Positions 1 through 10,482 of a DNA stretch of 64,000 bases are shown piece after piece. Each line of letters starts with the position of its first letter. Position 1 is the stretch's first letter. The DNA is taken from IMG/VR virus record IMGVR_UViG_3300034104_005687, positions 248,001 to 312,000 of that record; one strand, given 5' to 3'. The notes beneath the pieces were generated by a model. The model did not search any database. It had not been told where the DNA came from and saw only the letters and a list, made by a program, of their open reading frames with translations. The position numbers and the translations under genes are program-made.

Positions 1-1629
1 TGGTATTATAGTGTCACAGAAAAATCAGCATTCTTAGGTTACGATCAATCTGCTGGTAAAATGGTTATTGCGTCTAATGTAGCTATCAGCAGCGACGTTG
101 TCAGCTATGCTAATTTTGGAACCACTGTGGTTGGTAATTTAGAGGTTGGATCTTTGCAACCAGGTGGCACCGGTGGGGAAATAAGTGTATTTGGCAACGT
201 CACTGGTTACAATCTCAACACAGGCAACATAGTCAGTGCTGTGGGCAACGTGGTTGGTGGCAACATTACCACTGCAGGAATTGCCAACATTGCCACAGCA
301 GAAATTGTCACACTTGTCAACATCAAAGCCACAACTGCTGCCACAACAACCACCTCAGGCGCATTAAGAGTAGCTGGAGGCGCCGGTGTTGTTGGCAACG
401 TGTATGCTGGTAATTTTTACACTGGTGGCATAGTAAGTGCAACAGGCAATATCGACGGCGGAAATATCAACGCCGCCAGCGGAGTATATGCTGCTGGTAT
501 AGTCAGTGCTGTGGGCAACATAATTGCTGCGACATTTATTACTGGTGGTTCTTTGGAGGCAACAGGCAATATTGTGGGAGGCAACATCAGTACCACAGGC
601 ATTGCTAATATTGCTACACTGGAAATTACCACACTGGCCAACATCAAAAATGCTGCCGCAGCAACTTCGACCACATCGGGTAGTTTAAGAACTGCAGGCG
701 GTGCTGGCATAGGTGGTAACGTGTTTGCCGGAGGACTGATCAGTGCTGTAGGCAACATTGACGGTGCAAATATCAACACCGCAGGACTGGTCAGTGCTGT
801 GGGCAGTGTTGTAGGTGGCAACATTGTCACAGGTGGCACAGTGAGTGCTACTGGAAATATCACTGGCAACTGGTTGTTGGGCACTAATATTTCTACTGGA
901 GGAGTGATTACTGCAACTGGCAACATTAGTGGTGGCAACATCAATACCGGTGGTGTTGTAAGTGCTACAGGAACTATTACAGGTGGCAACATTGCCACAG
1001 GTGGCACAGCAAGTGCAACTGGTACTATCACAGGTGGCAACATTGCCACAGGTGGCACAGTAAGTGCAACTGGTACTATCACAGGTGGCAACATTGCCAC
1101 AGGTGGCACAGTAAGTGCTACAGGAACTATTACAGGTGGCAACATTGCCACAGGTGGCACAGCAAGTGCAACTGGCAACATTGGTGGTGGCAACATCAAC
1201 ACTGCCGGACTTGTGAGTGCAACTGGTAACATCACAGGTGGCAACATCAACACTGCCGGACTTGTGAGTGCAACTGGTGCAGTAATAGGAGCCAGTTTAT
1301 CTACTGCAGGCACAGCAAGTGCCGCAGGCAATGTCATTGGTGGCAACGTCAACACTGCAGGAGTTGTGAGTGCCGCAGGCAATGTCATTGGTGGCAACGT
1401 CAACGGTGGTGCCAATGTGTTTGCTACCATTCATACAGGAACAACAGTCAGTGTAACTGGTGCTGTGCAAAGCGCCAACGTTGCTGCAGGTAACGTACAA
1501 GCAACGTCAAGACTGATCATACCTACTGCCGCAAGCGATCCTGCTAGCCCAGTAGCTGGACAATTGTATTACAGCACTTCGCTTGGTGGGCTAAGACTGT
1601 GGACTGGATCTGCATGGGACAGCGTATAA
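1..1629 (+). CDS. Tail fibre-like Gly/Thr/Asn-rich repeat protein (5' end lies outside the window)
   Basis: Frame is open from position 1 (WYYSVTEKS...). 17-aa repeats (SATGTITGGNIATGGTV). C-terminal 'PVAGQLYYSTSLGGLRLWTGSAW' motif typical of phage fibre proteins. Confidence 0.75.
   Translation, partial: WYYSVTEKSAFLGYDQSAGKMVIASNVAISSDVVSYANFGTTVVGNLEVGSLQPGGTGGEISVFGNVTGYNLNTGNIVSAVGNVVGGNITTAGIANIATAEIVTLVNIKATTAATTTTSGALRVAGGAGVVGNVYAGNFYTGGIVSATGNIDGGNINAASGVYAAGIVSAVGNIIAATFITGGSLEATGNIVGGNISTTGIANIATLEITTLANIKNAAAATSTTSGSLRTAGGAGIGGNVFAGGLISAVGNIDGANINTAGLVSAVGSVVGGNIVTGGTVSATGNITGNWLLGTNISTGGVITATGNISGGNINTGGVVSATGTITGGNIATGGTASATGTITGGNIATGGTVSATGTITGGNIATGGTVSATGTITGGNIATGGTASATGNIGGGNINTAGLVSATGNITGGNINTAGLVSATGAVIGASLSTAGTASAAGNVIGGNVNTAGVVSAAGNVIGGNVNGGANVFATIHTGTTVSVTGAVQSANVAAGNVQATSRLIIPTAASDPASPVAGQLYYSTSLGGLRLWTGSAWDSV
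960..1175 (+). repeat. 51-bp tandem coding repeat (four near-identical copies, A-B-B-A pattern)
   Basis: Units start at about 960, 1011, 1062 and 1113 and share the core ACAGGTGGCAACATTGCCACAGGTGGCACAG. More degenerate units continue to about 1410. Confidence 0.9.
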
Positions 1630-1630
1630 T

Positions 1631-4600
1631 ATGACAAGACCAATTTGGATAACCCCAACAGGTAGTTTGGGAGTCATTCCCGAAGGAGTGTTTTATCAGC
1701 AGCCCTTGCTGGCCGCCGCAGAGCCGTTGCCTATGCGACCAATTTGTACGGCCACTGCTGCTGGCACAAACTTGGTGACCTGCGACAGCACAGCAGGGGT
1801 GTATGCAGGCCTGGAGGTTACATTTGTAGGCACAACATTTGGCGGATTGTCAGAAAACACACGCTATTTTGTGCTGCAGGTCACAAACTCCACACAGTTT
1901 AGTCTTACTACCAGCGAGATTGGCACTGTGCCTGTGGCACTGACTGCAGGTACAGGCAACATGATCGCAGTATTTGCGCCACACGTATTTTACAGGCTGA
2001 TTGCAGGAACATTACCAACTGGGCTACAGTTAGCAGACAACGGCAATGTGGCAGGCGTTCCCAAAGCAGTTGCAAGTTTGCAGGGTATTCCCATAGACGT
2101 TGCCGAAGACATCACCAACAAATTTGCTGTGCGTGCCTATATCACCACGCAGGCCGGAGTAGTCACAGGCATTTCAGACCGAACATTTACGCTGACTATC
2201 ACTGGCAATGACGTACCAGAGTTTACTACTCCTGCTGGAGCATTTGCCACAGTGTCCACAGCACAGTTCACAGCATCAATATCAGGCACAACTCTCAGTG
2301 TGTCTGGGGAACCACCGGTAGTAGGCATTATTCGTCCAGGTATGAGTCTCAAAGGCAACGGGGTATACCCAGGAACAGTGATTAGATCTTTTATCACTGG
2401 CAGCGGCGGCACAGGTACCTATGAAGTAAACATATCTCAAATACGCAGTTCTGTCAGCATGGTTGGCTCAGTGGGCACATACTACGATGGCGACTATGTA
2501 GAAATTCCAATTCAATATACCAGCACTGATCCAGGAGAAGTTGTGACGGTGACCTTGATTGCTGGGCAACTTCCTTTGGGCCTGACCATAGATGCTGCAG
2601 GAGTGATCAAAGGATTTATTCGTCCTGCTCCCAACGAAGATGAACCAGTGGGCTACGACGAGACTCCTTCAGGCACTGTTCCTTATGACTTTGTGAGCTC
2701 GGCTATCAGCAAAAACTATCAGTTCACACTAGAAGTCAGCGATGGCAAAACCAGCAGTATAAGAACATTCACAATCTTTGTGTACAATCGAGAAGATCTC
2801 ACTGCTGACGATACCTATATCACTGCTGACACTACATTTGTCACTGCCGATCAGACTCCTGAACGATTCCCGTTCTTGCTGAATTTTGAACCCAGCAGTC
2901 TTGGCCGTGTGCGCAGCGACAACAACTTTGCTTATAGATTTATCGGGCAAGACTATGACATCGAACCTGTGCGTTATGCGTTCAGTGTAAATCAAGGATT
3001 TGGATCTCCACCGGGATTGACTCTGGACCCTGCGTCGGGCTGGTATTATGGATTCATCCCTGATCAAGGGGTTACCGAAATTGAATACAGTTTCAATATA
3101 ACTGTGTATCAGGCCACTTATTCTGGAACTCCCATTACCTGTACTGCTACCACCAGTGGAACCAATGTAATTACATGCAACAGTACATTGCAGTTGGCGG
3201 TAGGACAACCTATTGTATTTACTGGCACGGGATTTGGTGGGATCACTGCGTCTGCTACCACAATATACTATGTGGCAGAAGTATTTGGTGCTCTTGGGTC
3301 AACTCAATTTAAAGTATCTACTAGTCCAGTATCTACCACACCGGTGGTGTTGACCACAGCAGCAGGTACTATGCAGGCCAATCTTGTGGTTGCATCACCG
3401 CCATACCCATTCTCTATCACCATTGCCGGCGATATTGACAGCGAAGTTTCGTGGCTATCTCCGGAGTTTCTGGGCGATATTGAAAACGGAGACACCAGTA
3501 TTTTCCGAATACAAGCAGTCAACTCAGGCGGCCGCACACTGAGTTATCGATTAAAAGACGGAGCATTCAACGAGTTGCCGCAGGGATTGAAGCTGTTGCC
3601 TTCGGGAGAAATTGCTGGAAGAGTCACATTCAACACTTTTGCCATTGACCTAGGATCAACCACATTTGATTCAACACAGAGTTCAGTCACTGAAGTTGAT
3701 CCTACCACATTTGATTTAACGTTTATATTTACAGTCAACGCCTATGCCGAAGATTCTGAACAGCCTTTGTATGAACTCAGCGAAATGATTGTGTTGGACG
3801 GAGGCACAGGATTTTCGAGCCCGCCACAGATTCAATTTGCAGCACCACTGGGCGCCAGCGCAGAAGTTGCTGTGGTGGAAGCAGAAGTTGCTGCTGGCGC
3901 AATCACTGCAATCAATGTAGTAGAGCCAGGAGCTGGATACACAACCACTAACCCTGCGTTTAGTATCACAGGTGCAGGGTCAGGACAGGATCTACAAGTA
4001 GTAATGCAACAGACTGGTGTCAAAGACATTATTTCTGTGTTCAAAACATTTACTATTCGTGTAATCAGAGCATACAACAAACCTTATCAAAACTTGTTTG
4101 TGTTGGCCATGCCACCGCAGAACGATCGAGTACTGCTGAATCAGCTGCTGACCGATCAAAACATTTTTATTCCTGACGCAATTTACAGACCCGATGATCC
4201 AAACTTTGGACTCAGTACACAGGTCAAATATCAGCATGCGTTTGGGCTAGCACCAGAAACGTTTGAAACTTATGTGTTGAGCCTGTACGAAAATCACTAC
4301 TGGAAAAATCTTGTGTTGGGCGAAATTGGTACTGCACAAGCCATTGATCCCGACACTGGGCTAGTGGCATACGAAGTTGTGTACAGCAAAGTTGTGGACA
4401 ACTTGGTAAATGCACAAGGGCAAAGTGTCAGCAAACTGGTGAGTTTGCCGTATCCCATCATTGACCCCAACGACGGTAGCACAGTGATTGGCACTGTGTA
4501 TCCCAACAGTTTGATCAACATGCGTGATCAGGTAATTGATGTTGTGGGACAAATTTCTACCAAACTGCCATTGTGGATGACCAGTAAACAAGTCAACGGT

Positions 4601-6025
4601 CGTGTGCTGGGATTCACTCCGGCTTGGGTAATATGTTATACCAATCCTGGGGAGTCTTCTCGTATTGCCTACTACATCAACAGTCAATTTGGCCAACAAC
4701 TAAACAACATTGACTTCAAAGTTGACAGATATGTGTTGGATTCTACACTGAGCAAAAACTGGGATCCAGTCGCACAAGACTGGACTCCTGACCCTAGTCA
4801 AACAACATTTGATCGTGTGGATACCTTGGGGTATGCTGACCTAGGCATTGTGAATGCTTGTACTGAGCTAGCGTTTGCTGACATCAACTACCAACCTATT
4901 AGCTACATAAACTCCCTAGGCGGCCTCGACGGTCCTACTTGGGTGGCCAAGGCCGGCCAAACTCCTCCTGTTGGTACCACAGTGATCATTCAAAACGGCA
5001 GCAAAATTATATTTGTCAAACAAGAAGCATTCATTGGTCCTTCGGGCAGTGTGTTTGATACTGCTGACGATGCGTTTACCAACTATGCAACACCGTTCGA
5101 CAACGGTGGGTTTGACTCAGGATCAGGTCTAGCCGATCCTGGCACATTTGACTATGGTCCTATTATCAGCGACGGGTACAGTCAAACCTGTACAGCAACC
5201 AGTGCCGCTGCCGACGCTATCAGATGCAACAGCACTGTGGGCATGACAGTAGGGGACAAAGTATGGTTTACTGGCACCACATTCGGCGGTGTACAGTCCA
5301 CTAACAACGGCAGTATACAGTTGTACTATGTGACTGATGTCACAGATGTGGTGTGCACCAATACCACATCTGGCACCAACTTGATTACCACAACAGGTGT
5401 AGCCAACATCAACACTTTGCTGGCAGTAGGTAATCAAGTATGGTTTACTGGCACCACATTTGGCAACGTAAATGATCTAACAGCCGATGGTTCGCCACGT
5501 GCCTACTTTGTGGTAGATATTCCAAATACCACACAGTTTGCCATCAGTGACAGTGCAGGCGGTTCGCCTATAACATTGAGCACTGCGTCGGGCAGTATGA
5601 CTATGTATGTTGGCCAATTCCAGATTAGCCAAGCACCCAGCGGAACACCGGAAACGTTTTCCAATGCGTCAGGCACTATGTTTGCCAACTATGGCAACGA
5701 CAGAATGGCAATCTACACTGTGAGCATTGATGCAGAAGAAATTATCACACTGATACTGGACGAACAAACCATATCTGATGATTATGTGAGCTCAAGCCAA
5801 GGACAAAAATACGCTGCCAATACTTTGTTGTACAGACCAGCTTCTCCCCAACAAGATCTTGTGCTGATAAACTGGCAACCATTGATAACTGCCACAACAA
5901 TTATCACAGGCGAAACCTTGTTTGATGGTGGTAGTGTGGCCTGGGTGGATCCAGTTGATATGTACAATGCCACAGATGAGTTGGATAAATATCTTGTATT
6001 CCCCAAAACCAATATTTTGGTTTAA
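1631..6025 (+). CDS. Large virion structural protein with putative Ig (He_PIG-like) repeats; probable baseplate/tail component
   Basis: 1464 aa. Repeated 'GxLPxGLxLxxxGxIxG' Ig-like motifs and repeated 'CTATxxGTNxxTC' beta modules. Lies in a structural gene cluster. Confidence 0.7.
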   Translation: MTRPIWITPTGSLGVIPEGVFYQQPLLAAAEPLPMRPICTATAAGTNLVTCDSTAGVYAGLEVTFVGTTFGGLSENTRYFVLQVTNSTQFSLTTSEIGTVPVALTAGTGNMIAVFAPHVFYRLIAGTLPTGLQLADNGNVAGVPKAVASLQGIPIDVAEDITNKFAVRAYITTQAGVVTGISDRTFTLTITGNDVPEFTTPAGAFATVSTAQFTASISGTTLSVSGEPPVVGIIRPGMSLKGNGVYPGTVIRSFITGSGGTGTYEVNISQIRSSVSMVGSVGTYYDGDYVEIPIQYTSTDPGEVVTVTLIAGQLPLGLTIDAAGVIKGFIRPAPNEDEPVGYDETPSGTVPYDFVSSAISKNYQFTLEVSDGKTSSIRTFTIFVYNREDLTADDTYITADTTFVTADQTPERFPFLLNFEPSSLGRVRSDNNFAYRFIGQDYDIEPVRYAFSVNQGFGSPPGLTLDPASGWYYGFIPDQGVTEIEYSFNITVYQATYSGTPITCTATTSGTNVITCNSTLQLAVGQPIVFTGTGFGGITASATTIYYVAEVFGALGSTQFKVSTSPVSTTPVVLTTAAGTMQANLVVASPPYPFSITIAGDIDSEVSWLSPEFLGDIENGDTSIFRIQAVNSGGRTLSYRLKDGAFNELPQGLKLLPSGEIAGRVTFNTFAIDLGSTTFDSTQSSVTEVDPTTFDLTFIFTVNAYAEDSEQPLYELSEMIVLDGGTGFSSPPQIQFAAPLGASAEVAVVEAEVAAGAITAINVVEPGAGYTTTNPAFSITGAGSGQDLQVVMQQTGVKDIISVFKTFTIRVIRAYNKPYQNLFVLAMPPQNDRVLLNQLLTDQNIFIPDAIYRPDDPNFGLSTQVKYQHAFGLAPETFETYVLSLYENHYWKNLVLGEIGTAQAIDPDTGLVAYEVVYSKVVDNLVNAQGQSVSKLVSLPYPIIDPNDGSTVIGTVYPNSLINMRDQVIDVVGQISTKLPLWMTSKQVNGRVLGFTPAWVICYTNPGESSRIAYYINSQFGQQLNNIDFKVDRYVLDSTLSKNWDPVAQDWTPDPSQTTFDRVDTLGYADLGIVNACTELAFADINYQPISYINSLGGLDGPTWVAKAGQTPPVGTTVIIQNGSKIIFVKQEAFIGPSGSVFDTADDAFTNYATPFDNGGFDSGSGLADPGTFDYGPIISDGYSQTCTATSAAADAIRCNSTVGMTVGDKVWFTGTTFGGVQSTNNGSIQLYYVTDVTDVVCTNTTSGTNLITTTGVANINTLLAVGNQVWFTGTTFGNVNDLTADGSPRAYFVVDIPNTTQFAISDSAGGSPITLSTASGSMTMYVGQFQISQAPSGTPETFSNASGTMFANYGNDRMAIYTVSIDAEEIITLILDEQTISDDYVSSSQGQKYAANTLLYRPASPQQDLVLINWQPLITATTIITGETLFDGGSVAWVDPVDMYNATDELDKYLVFPKTNILV

Positions 6026-6037
6026 ACTAGGATAAAA

Positions 6038-6931
6038 ATGACCAGTCTTATTAACCCAAACAACATTGATACTTCTTACCCTGTGGCTGGCCAAGACAAC
6101 AGCACACAGGGTTTTCGTACCAATTTTACCAATATCAAACAGAATTTTCAATATGCCGAGGATGAAATCAACACATTGCAAACCAATGGTGTGGTCAACA
6201 ATGCCGCAAACAATTTCAACAACAACCTGATTTACGCAGCAAGAATGCAGGACATTGCATTTACCAAAATCACTGATTCTTCGGCTGCCGGAGCTATTAT
6301 TCTGAATTTTGCTACTGGGCAATACTATTCCCTGGTCACTGATGGTATAGTTAGCCTTACTTTCAGTAACTGGCCTGCAGCCGGTGAAAGTGCTGTGGGA
6401 TACATGAGACTGCAAGTTCAGGTCACCAACGTTGCACACACTGTGACCATTGCCGCCAACAATTCTGAAGGCGGTGCTGCATTGATCAATGCTACAGAAG
6501 TAACAGGTTATGCTGCGACCAATGCTTACACAGGCACAATTACATTTCCTGCAACAGGATACTATGATTTTGAATTTTCGTGCTACGATGGCGGCACTGA
6601 AATCATGGTAAATCAATTGGATCATGCTGCACTGAATGCCAGCAGCGAAGATGTTGCTGCATCAGCAGCAGTGAGTCGTGCTGTCAGCGACAGCTATTTC
6701 AGTACCGCAGCAGCAGAAACTGCCACACTGGCTGCCGGTGTGCCTGGTCAAGTCAAAGTACTAGCCATGTTTGCTGACGGTGGTGATATGGTTATTACAG
6801 TTACCAACGCCGGCTGGAAAACATCGGGCACAGGCACAATCACATTTGATACCATTGGTGATGCTTGCACACTCAAATACATCAACTCAAAATGGTTCTG
6901 CATTGGCAACAACGGTTGTGTATTCGCATAA
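6038..6931 (+). CDS. Virion structural protein (paralogue of next gene)
   Basis: 297 aa. N-terminus 'INPNNID..YPVAGQDN..QGFR.NFTNIK.NF..AEDEIN.LQT' is shared with 6947..8464. Confidence 0.65.
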   Translation: MTSLINPNNIDTSYPVAGQDNSTQGFRTNFTNIKQNFQYAEDEINTLQTNGVVNNAANNFNNNLIYAARMQDIAFTKITDSSAAGAIILNFATGQYYSLVTDGIVSLTFSNWPAAGESAVGYMRLQVQVTNVAHTVTIAANNSEGGAALINATEVTGYAATNAYTGTITFPATGYYDFEFSCYDGGTEIMVNQLDHAALNASSEDVAASAAVSRAVSDSYFSTAAAETATLAAGVPGQVKVLAMFADGGDMVITVTNAGWKTSGTGTITFDTIGDACTLKYINSKWFCIGNNGCVFA

Positions 6932-6946
6932 GGTCAAGGACAAACA

Positions 6947-8464
6947 ATGTCAAGTAACATCAATCCCAACAACATCGACGGTGCATATCCAGTTGCCGGC
7001 CAAGACAACAACTCACAAGGATTTCGCGACAACTTTACCAACATCAAAGTAAACTTTCAATCTGCCGAAGACGAAATCAACGACCTACAAACCAAGTCGT
7101 TGTTGAAGGCAGCACTGGTAGGCGGCATTCTTGACAACAACATGAATGACAACTTGATCTATGCTGCCACCATTAGAGATTTTGCTGCTCCGCGTGTTAC
7201 ATTGAGCCCCACAGGTAGCCCATTGACTGCCACAGTAAACTATGCAGCCGGACACTATCAAACACTGACTACCAGTGCATCTACCACTGTGGAATTTTCA
7301 AACTTTCCGTCATTGAATGGTTTGATTTCAAATTATGGTTATGTAAAAATTCAATTCAATATCACTGACATATCTCACACCATAACAGTCAAAGCCCCAA
7401 CTACAGGACAACTATTGGGCACAGCAGGCATTCAAGGCTATGTTGCCACCAATGCCTACACTGGCGTTATTTCGTTTGGTGCCACGGGCCTGTATGAATT
7501 TGCATTTGGCAGCTACGATGCAGGCGTCACTATCACTGTGTTTGATCTGAACCGAGCTCTCACAAACTTTGTTTCTGCTGATATTCAAACTGATGATGTC
7601 ACTGCCACTGGATTTGTGAGTGCAGCGGGCAACGTTACGGGCGGTAACTTGATCACTGGTGGTAGAGTTACTTCTACCGGCAATATTGTTGGTGGCAACA
7701 TCACCACTGCAGGCACTGTGAGTGCTACTGGCAACATTGTTGGTGGCAATTTGAATAGCACAGGAACAGTCAGTACGTCAGGCAACGTTGCTGGAGTCAA
7801 CATAAACGGATTTTTGAGACCCACTACTGGCACCAACCTTAATGCACCCATTAGAATGACTGCCGGAACCGTGTTGGCCACACCAGCAGCTGGCGCAATC
7901 GAATACGACGGGGATGCAATGTACAGTTCAGTTGCTGCAAGTCAGCGCGGAGTATTACCCAGCGAGTCGTTTATTGCTCAGAGCTCTAATTATGTCGCAG
8001 CAAATTCGGCATCTGCTCAACAGGTGTTTGATGCCACTGCCTCGGGTACAATCACTGTGGCAGGGTCAACTGCCTACATGTTTGAAGCAGTGTATTATAT
8101 CTCTCGGGCAGCTGGTACTACCAGTCATACATTGGCCACACTGTTTGGCGGTACAGCAACTTTTACCAGTATCACATATCTGGCAGAAACCACTTCTACC
8201 ACAGGCAACGTACTGGGTGCAGTGAGTCGAATATATGGCACAGGTGCCACAGCATTGACAGTGACCGCTGCATCTACTTCGGCTACCGAAAACATCACTG
8301 TGATACTAAAAGGCATGATTCGTACCAACGCTGGCGGAACAATGATCCCGCAGATTCAATACAGCGCGGCACCTGGTGGCGTTCCCACTGTTGTACGAAA
8401 CAGCTATTTCCGGTTGACACCTGTGGGCAACAGTTCTGTGGTGTCAGTGGGCAACTGGAGTTGA
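6947..8464 (+). CDS. Virion structural/tail-fibre protein
   Basis: 505 aa. Same N-terminal module as the previous gene, plus GNIVGGN repeats like the first ORF. Confidence 0.65.
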   Translation: MSSNINPNNIDGAYPVAGQDNNSQGFRDNFTNIKVNFQSAEDEINDLQTKSLLKAALVGGILDNNMNDNLIYAATIRDFAAPRVTLSPTGSPLTATVNYAAGHYQTLTTSASTTVEFSNFPSLNGLISNYGYVKIQFNITDISHTITVKAPTTGQLLGTAGIQGYVATNAYTGVISFGATGLYEFAFGSYDAGVTITVFDLNRALTNFVSADIQTDDVTATGFVSAAGNVTGGNLITGGRVTSTGNIVGGNITTAGTVSATGNIVGGNLNSTGTVSTSGNVAGVNINGFLRPTTGTNLNAPIRMTAGTVLATPAAGAIEYDGDAMYSSVAASQRGVLPSESFIAQSSNYVAANSASAQQVFDATASGTITVAGSTAYMFEAVYYISRAAGTTSHTLATLFGGTATFTSITYLAETTSTTGNVLGAVSRIYGTGATALTVTAASTSATENITVILKGMIRTNAGGTMIPQIQYSAAPGGVPTVVRNSYFRLTPVGNSSVVSVGNWS

Positions 8465-8473
8465 TCTTATTGG

Positions 8474-8502
8474 TTGACTGCGTGTCAACTCCATAATACA
8501 AT
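8474..8502 (+). promoter_or_regulatory. Sigma70-type promoter with an inverted repeat over the -35 box
   Basis: TTGACT-17 nt-TACAAT just upstream of ATG 8509. GTTGAC-tgcgt-GTCAAC palindrome overlaps the -35 box. Confidence 0.7.
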
Positions 8503-8508
8503 ACAGTT

Positions 8509-8748
8509 ATGGAACATCCACTAATTGGCAACATTTCTGACTTGACTCTGGAAGAATTGGGCAGCAAGGTCAGTGAATTACAAAAAAAATTATCTATAGT
8601 ACAGCGGTCTGGCAATGGCCATTTGGCCAATCAGATCAGAATGGCGTTAGAATCATACTACAACGTTTATCAAGCTCGACTACAAGAAAGCTATCAGAAA
8701 GATCAACCCAGCAACGTCAATTTTGACAACAAAATCAATATTCAATGA
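8509..8748 (+). CDS. Hypothetical protein (coiled-coil, 79 aa)
   Basis: ORF directly downstream of a promoter and coupled (ATGA) to the next gene. Confidence 0.7.
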   Translation: MEHPLIGNISDLTLEELGSKVSELQKKLSIVQRSGNGHLANQIRMALESYYNVYQARLQESYQKDQPSNVNFDNKINIQ

Positions 8749-9350
8749 ACGTTAGACTACAATACAACCTAGAGTTTGCCGGTGCAGTGCACATTGACGG
8801 CCATTTGCAGCTGAATCAATATCAAGTCAATCTCGACTTGCAAACATGTACTCGTGACCGAGAGGCCATCAACATTGCCATGGATCGACTGCGATTTTTT
8901 GTAAATGTGGAATTGGCCAATGCAGTATATGTAAATCAGAGCGAGCACGATCTTGCTGAAATACTGCAGATGATTGGCACAAATGTAGTCACACTGCCCG
9001 ATGAACCAGTAGACCAGATTGTTGGATTGATGCTGTACTGCAAACTCAACGCAATCATGGAAGGTGTAATGACAGTGACTGCACTGAGCATCTGTTCGGC
9101 GTTGGGCGACGACGTTTGGTACGAGCACACCGAAGAAGATGCCGTGGGACCATTTTTTGACCCTGGCTGGTGGAATCTTGCAACCACAGTACACAACAAT
9201 TTGGACACAGTGGATCGCAGCGACAAAGTGGTAAAAGTGGTACCAGATTGCTGGTCCGAATATGATTTGAGTTGGCCGGATCAGGTTGACAAAGATCAGG
9301 AAAAAGCGCATACTGTGGTATACGCAAAATTTCCCAAGCATGAGAACTGA
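8745..9350 (+). CDS. Hypothetical protein (201 aa)
   Basis: ORF overlapping both neighbours in an operon; no recognisable motif. Confidence 0.7.
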   Translation: MNVRLQYNLEFAGAVHIDGHLQLNQYQVNLDLQTCTRDREAINIAMDRLRFFVNVELANAVYVNQSEHDLAEILQMIGTNVVTLPDEPVDQIVGLMLYCKLNAIMEGVMTVTALSICSALGDDVWYEHTEEDAVGPFFDPGWWNLATTVHNNLDTVDRSDKVVKVVPDCWSEYDLSWPDQVDKDQEKAHTVVYAKFPKHEN

Positions 9351-9858
9351 CAAATTTGGACAATTGATTTTTAACGAGCACGATGTTGTTCACTTGTATA
9401 TGCAAGGACATGACCCATTGGTTCTGAATCATTTGTTGGTAGACAATACCATTGACCTAGAAACTGCTGCACACATTTTGGACAATGTGCCTGCATTTAT
9501 CCGGTACGATGAACTGGTGCAACAACAGTCGCTCGAAGAGTGGGATCATCGTTGTCAAGCCAACTGGTACATGCCACAAAGCTACAAAGATTTAGACATT
9601 GCCAAGTATGTGTTAGAGCTATGTGAGTCGGACACTGAACTACAGAGATGTGGGCATGAACTCATGCTGTTTCAAGAACGCAACCTGTTTGATCTATTGC
9701 GATATCTCAAATATCTAGTGGATGTAATGACTGAGAATCAACTGATTTGGGGTGTGGGCCGAGGCAGCAGTGTTGCCAGCTTTGTGCTGTACAAACTGAA
9801 AGTTCACCGAATCAACAGCATGTACTACGAATTAGATCCTGCTGAATTTTTACGTTAA
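9340..9858 (+). CDS. Truncated DNA polymerase III alpha (DnaE)-like protein
   Basis: 'WGVGRGSSVASFVLYKLKVHRINSMYYELDPAEFLR' matches the DnaE motif GxGRGSxxxSLVxYxLxIT.IDP...L.FERFL. The protein stops before the catalytic PDxD. ATG 9340 is the likely start. Confidence 0.75.
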   Translation: MRTDKFGQLIFNEHDVVHLYMQGHDPLVLNHLLVDNTIDLETAAHILDNVPAFIRYDELVQQQSLEEWDHRCQANWYMPQSYKDLDIAKYVLELCESDTELQRCGHELMLFQERNLFDLLRYLKYLVDVMTENQLIWGVGRGSSVASFVLYKLKVHRINSMYYELDPAEFLR

Positions 9859-9880
9859 ATATAATTTTAAGGAGACTATT

Positions 9881-10084
9881 ATGACTCAAAAGACTTATCG
9901 AACAGCCCAGGGCAAAACAGTTGACATGGGCCGCTTGGTTCTTCAGAACGAACGAACTCGTGCTGTAGGCAACATGAAGGTCAACGCTCGTGGTGATGCC
10001 GTAGACGACATGAATCGTCCCATCAGCAGCAAAACACAACAAGTGAACCGCCAGTACAACAATCAAACCACACCCAAAAAATGA
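9881..10084 (+). CDS. Hypothetical protein (67 aa)
   Basis: AAGGAG RBS; TAAATA late-promoter-like motif upstream. Confidence 0.7.
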   Translation: MTQKTYRTAQGKTVDMGRLVLQNERTRAVGNMKVNARGDAVDDMNRPISSKTQQVNRQYNNQTTPKK

Positions 10085-10482
10085 TCAAAGCAGCCTTTTC
10101 AGCACATCGAATTGATCAATCACAACTAAAGCCCTTGCGGGACGCTGTGATTGTGAGTGAAATGAACTTTGACGAACGCCTCTCAAATGGCGGTATTATT
10201 TTGGTCAAAGACAATGGCAAAAGCTCGGGCATTCGGCCGCGATGGGGCCGGGTATATGCTGTGGGCCCGGATCAGAAAGACATCCGAGTAGGCACATGGA
10301 TCTGTGTTGAACACGGACGTTGGACTCGCGGCATTGACATTGAAGATGAAAACGGCAAACAAACTCTACGCAGAGTTGACCCCAAAGACATCATGCTAGA
10401 ATCAGATGAAGAGCCACAGGATACCACGTTCTCAGATGCCATTCACATTGAAGCCAAACCATCACACATGCAACATAACTAA
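10081..10482 (+). CDS. groES: Co-chaperonin GroES (Cpn10)-like protein
   Basis: 'LKPLRDAVIV...SNGGIIL...WGRVYAVGP...IRVG' matches the Cpn10 pattern. Confidence 0.8.
   Translation: MIKAAFSAHRIDQSQLKPLRDAVIVSEMNFDERLSNGGIILVKDNGKSSGIRPRWGRVYAVGPDQKDIRVGTWICVEHGRWTRGIDIEDENGKQTLRRVDPKDIMLESDEEPQDTTFSDAIHIEAKPSHMQHN

Noticed and set aside
417-1430. 337-aa minus-strand ORF with Pro/Val repeats, and similar ORFs opposite other fibre genes
   Set aside because: Antisense shadow of the GGN/ACN-rich repeats of the + strand fibre gene; no RBS or independent motif.
5792-6625. 277-aa minus-strand ORF (also 8769..9353, 55802..56389 and 62319..63020)
   Set aside because: They lie antisense to well-supported + strand genes and show no protein motifs.
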